64,000 nucleotides of DNA from Lepidodermella squamata (taxonomy: Eukaryota > Animalia > Gastrotricha). The position numbers and the translations under genes are program-made. Of this stretch, positions 62,201 through 64,000 are shown one piece after another (the stretch's first letter is position 1; each line of letters starts with the position of its first letter). The notes below the pieces were generated by a model. The model saw only the letters and a program-made list of their open reading frames with translations. It searched no databases and was not told the origin of the DNA. The stretch spans positions 4,237,812 through 4,301,811 of the forward strand of contig JBLDXI010000054.1 of assembly GCA_047495785.1 (NCBI GenBank). The letters run 5' to 3'.

Positions 62201-63983
62201 TTTTTACAATGTTGTTTCCGAGATACGTCATAAATCCATGCAAGGACACGAGCAAGCTCTCGAAAGTGCGTTCACCGATGCACGCCAAGCAGCAAACTAC
62301 TGCCATCCGTCGGACAGAGCGGCCCAAACGTCGCGGGTCTTCAACACTGTCGCGAGCAGCAACAGCGTGCTACGAGTCCTGCGCAAGTCGAGCAACATCT
62401 ACTGGCCGGCGATCTACGAACAATTTCAATGCGCCTGCAACGAAATGAAACGCGCCATGCGCAGCCCTGACTTGCTCACCAACGTTACGAAGGGCTGGCA
62501 GGCTTTTACTTATCACCTTGCGCAAAACAAAATACAGGCGGACCGCAGCTTACTAATTAACCCTAACTCTCTTTCTCAGGTCCATGCCTCCCCAAGGGAA
62601 GCACCTGTCAACGTAACGGTTGAAGCGCACGACACCATTCAGTCTTCGTCGCCGATGGTCGTAAGCGACCCGGCCGTCAATCCGGTTACGCCGACAGGTC
62701 AATCAGAAACAGCTCGTCAAGCGTTACCACCGACACCCAAGGCGGCTCCCGGTTCAACCGCTCAGACTGGCCATCCGAGCCCGGGTGATTGGGGCTTGCT
62801 CACCACAGAAGAACGCGATTCGACCTGGATTTCCGCACGTTCAACCGCTCAGATCAACGCACTGGTACCGAAGAGAGGTCTCGGTCGCGATTTGGCCTCG
62901 ATTCCCGCACGGTCAACTTCTGAAGCTAGCAACTTGGTCTCAAAGAGCGATGACAGTCGCGGTTCAGCGTCGACTACCGCTCGGTCAACTTCTGAAGCTA
63001 GCAACTTGGTCTCAAAGAGCGTTGACAGTCGCGGTTCAGCGTCGACTACCGCTTCGGTCAACTTCTGAAGCTAGCAACTTGGTTACTAAGAACGGTGGCA
63101 GCCGCGATTCAGCGGCGACCGCCGACCTCTCAACGACTATCAATGTAGCCCGCCCGGCTACTCCACAAACGGTCACTGCCGACAAATCGACAGCAGCCCA
63201 GTTAACGCCCACGTCCGCGCCTCTGCCTCAGACTCCGAGCAAGGACGCTTCACCGATCGACAGTGCCAGCGACACCGCGCTAGCAGCAGCTGCAGCCAAT
63301 GTCGAATCTCGTTTTAATAATTGCAATTCTATTTCAGATGTCAGCTCGGTCGCCTCGTTCTTCGGTGAAGCGATCAACGCGGTCTCGCAGAACGCTCCGC
63401 GACCAGGTGCGCCAAACGCCTCGGTGCCCCACCAAGCGAGCTCGTGCCACCAGCCCGAAAGACAAGTCACCAACAGAACTTCCGGCGCCGTCCAAGAAGC
63501 CCGCCGTCGTCAAAGCGATCTCGGCGCAACAAATGTACGGGCAACCCGGAACGTGTCTCAAACGCCTGGCACCGGCATCGCGACCGCCTGCGCACAACCC
63601 ACCGATGCACGGTTCGAACGCTCAGTCGGTCCGTCAAGAGCAGGGTGATACGACGACCACGCTATCAAAGCAAGACTACGCCATACAGAAGAACTTGAGC
63701 AAAGCAGAGTTCACCCGCGAATGGTGGAAGAAAGAAAAGATACGCGATCCGTCGATACTCGTCGAGTTTCACAACGGCAAGTGGTCGTGCGCTTTCAAGC
63801 TACCGAGCGGCAAACGATGCGGCCACGTCGGCAAGAGCTGCTCAATCAATGGTCTGATCACACACATCCGCGAGAAGCACGAAAAAGGAGACAGACACGC
63901 AGACATCGCGTCGCGGTTTCGCGGGATCGCTCGGGCTCAGGGCCATCCCATCCCTAGTCCAAAACGGAGCGTACGGGACGCTG
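59290..63983 (+). mobile_element. Inverted copy of the same PLE (RT 59290-60814, hammerhead, ORF1 from 61593) with three 1-bp insertions
   Basis: 59569-63983 is the reverse complement of 54878-59289, with extra bases near 59697, 63053 and 63428. Confidence 0.8.
61545..61583 (+). ncRNA. Minimal type I hammerhead ribozyme (copy 3)
   Basis: TATTGGTACTGAAGAAATAGTGAAACCGGTCTACCAATA; predicted cleavage after C61575. Confidence 0.85.
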
Positions 63984-64000
63984 ACTCTCACGAGATGTGT
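63984..64000 (-). other. Probable untrimmed PacBio barcoded-adapter sequence (technical artefact)
   Basis: ACTCTCACGAGATGTGT is the reverse complement of ACACATCTCGTGAGAGT, recalled from memory as barcode bc1003 plus T overhang. It breaks homology with the element abruptly at the window end. Confidence 0.8.

Noticed and set aside
59491-63698. Split RT and ORF1 ORFs in the inverted copy as separate genes or programmed frameshifts
   Set aside because: Explained by three 1-bp insertions relative to the intact copy, probably read errors at a low-coverage tip

Overview
Eukaryotic DNA from a compact invertebrate animal genome: many ~50-60 nt GT-AG introns and TTAGGG telomeric repeats. The window runs from a gene-dense region out to what looks like a right-hand chromosome end. 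Host genes at 1-50.8 kb: RING1/RNF2, a two-box HMGB-like gene with a polyQ tail, a divergent Na+/K+-ATPase alpha with substituted ion-binding residues, FoxP, ATP6AP2, MELK, SLC25A20 and an intronless secreted bacterial-type amidase. These are interspersed with decayed CR1/L2-group LINEs, MITEs and a ~5 kb intron-containing tyrosine-recombinase (Crypton-like) element bounded by ACTACGG arrays. From 50.8 kb there are two internal (TTAGGG)n tracts and a tandem array (period 4868 bp) of an endonuclease-less Penelope-like (Athena/Terminon-type) retroelement. Each unit has a minimal hammerhead ribozyme, an 805-aa ORF1 with a BED-like zinc finger, and an RT in the +1 frame that has no AUG before its conserved N-terminus. 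The element joins the telomeric tract exactly at an internal telomerase-template-like 10-mer (TAACCCTAAC). The last 4.7 kb is an inverted copy ending in what appears to be an untrimmed PacBio barcode, so that arm may be an artefact. All calls come from reading the sequence; no database searches were run.
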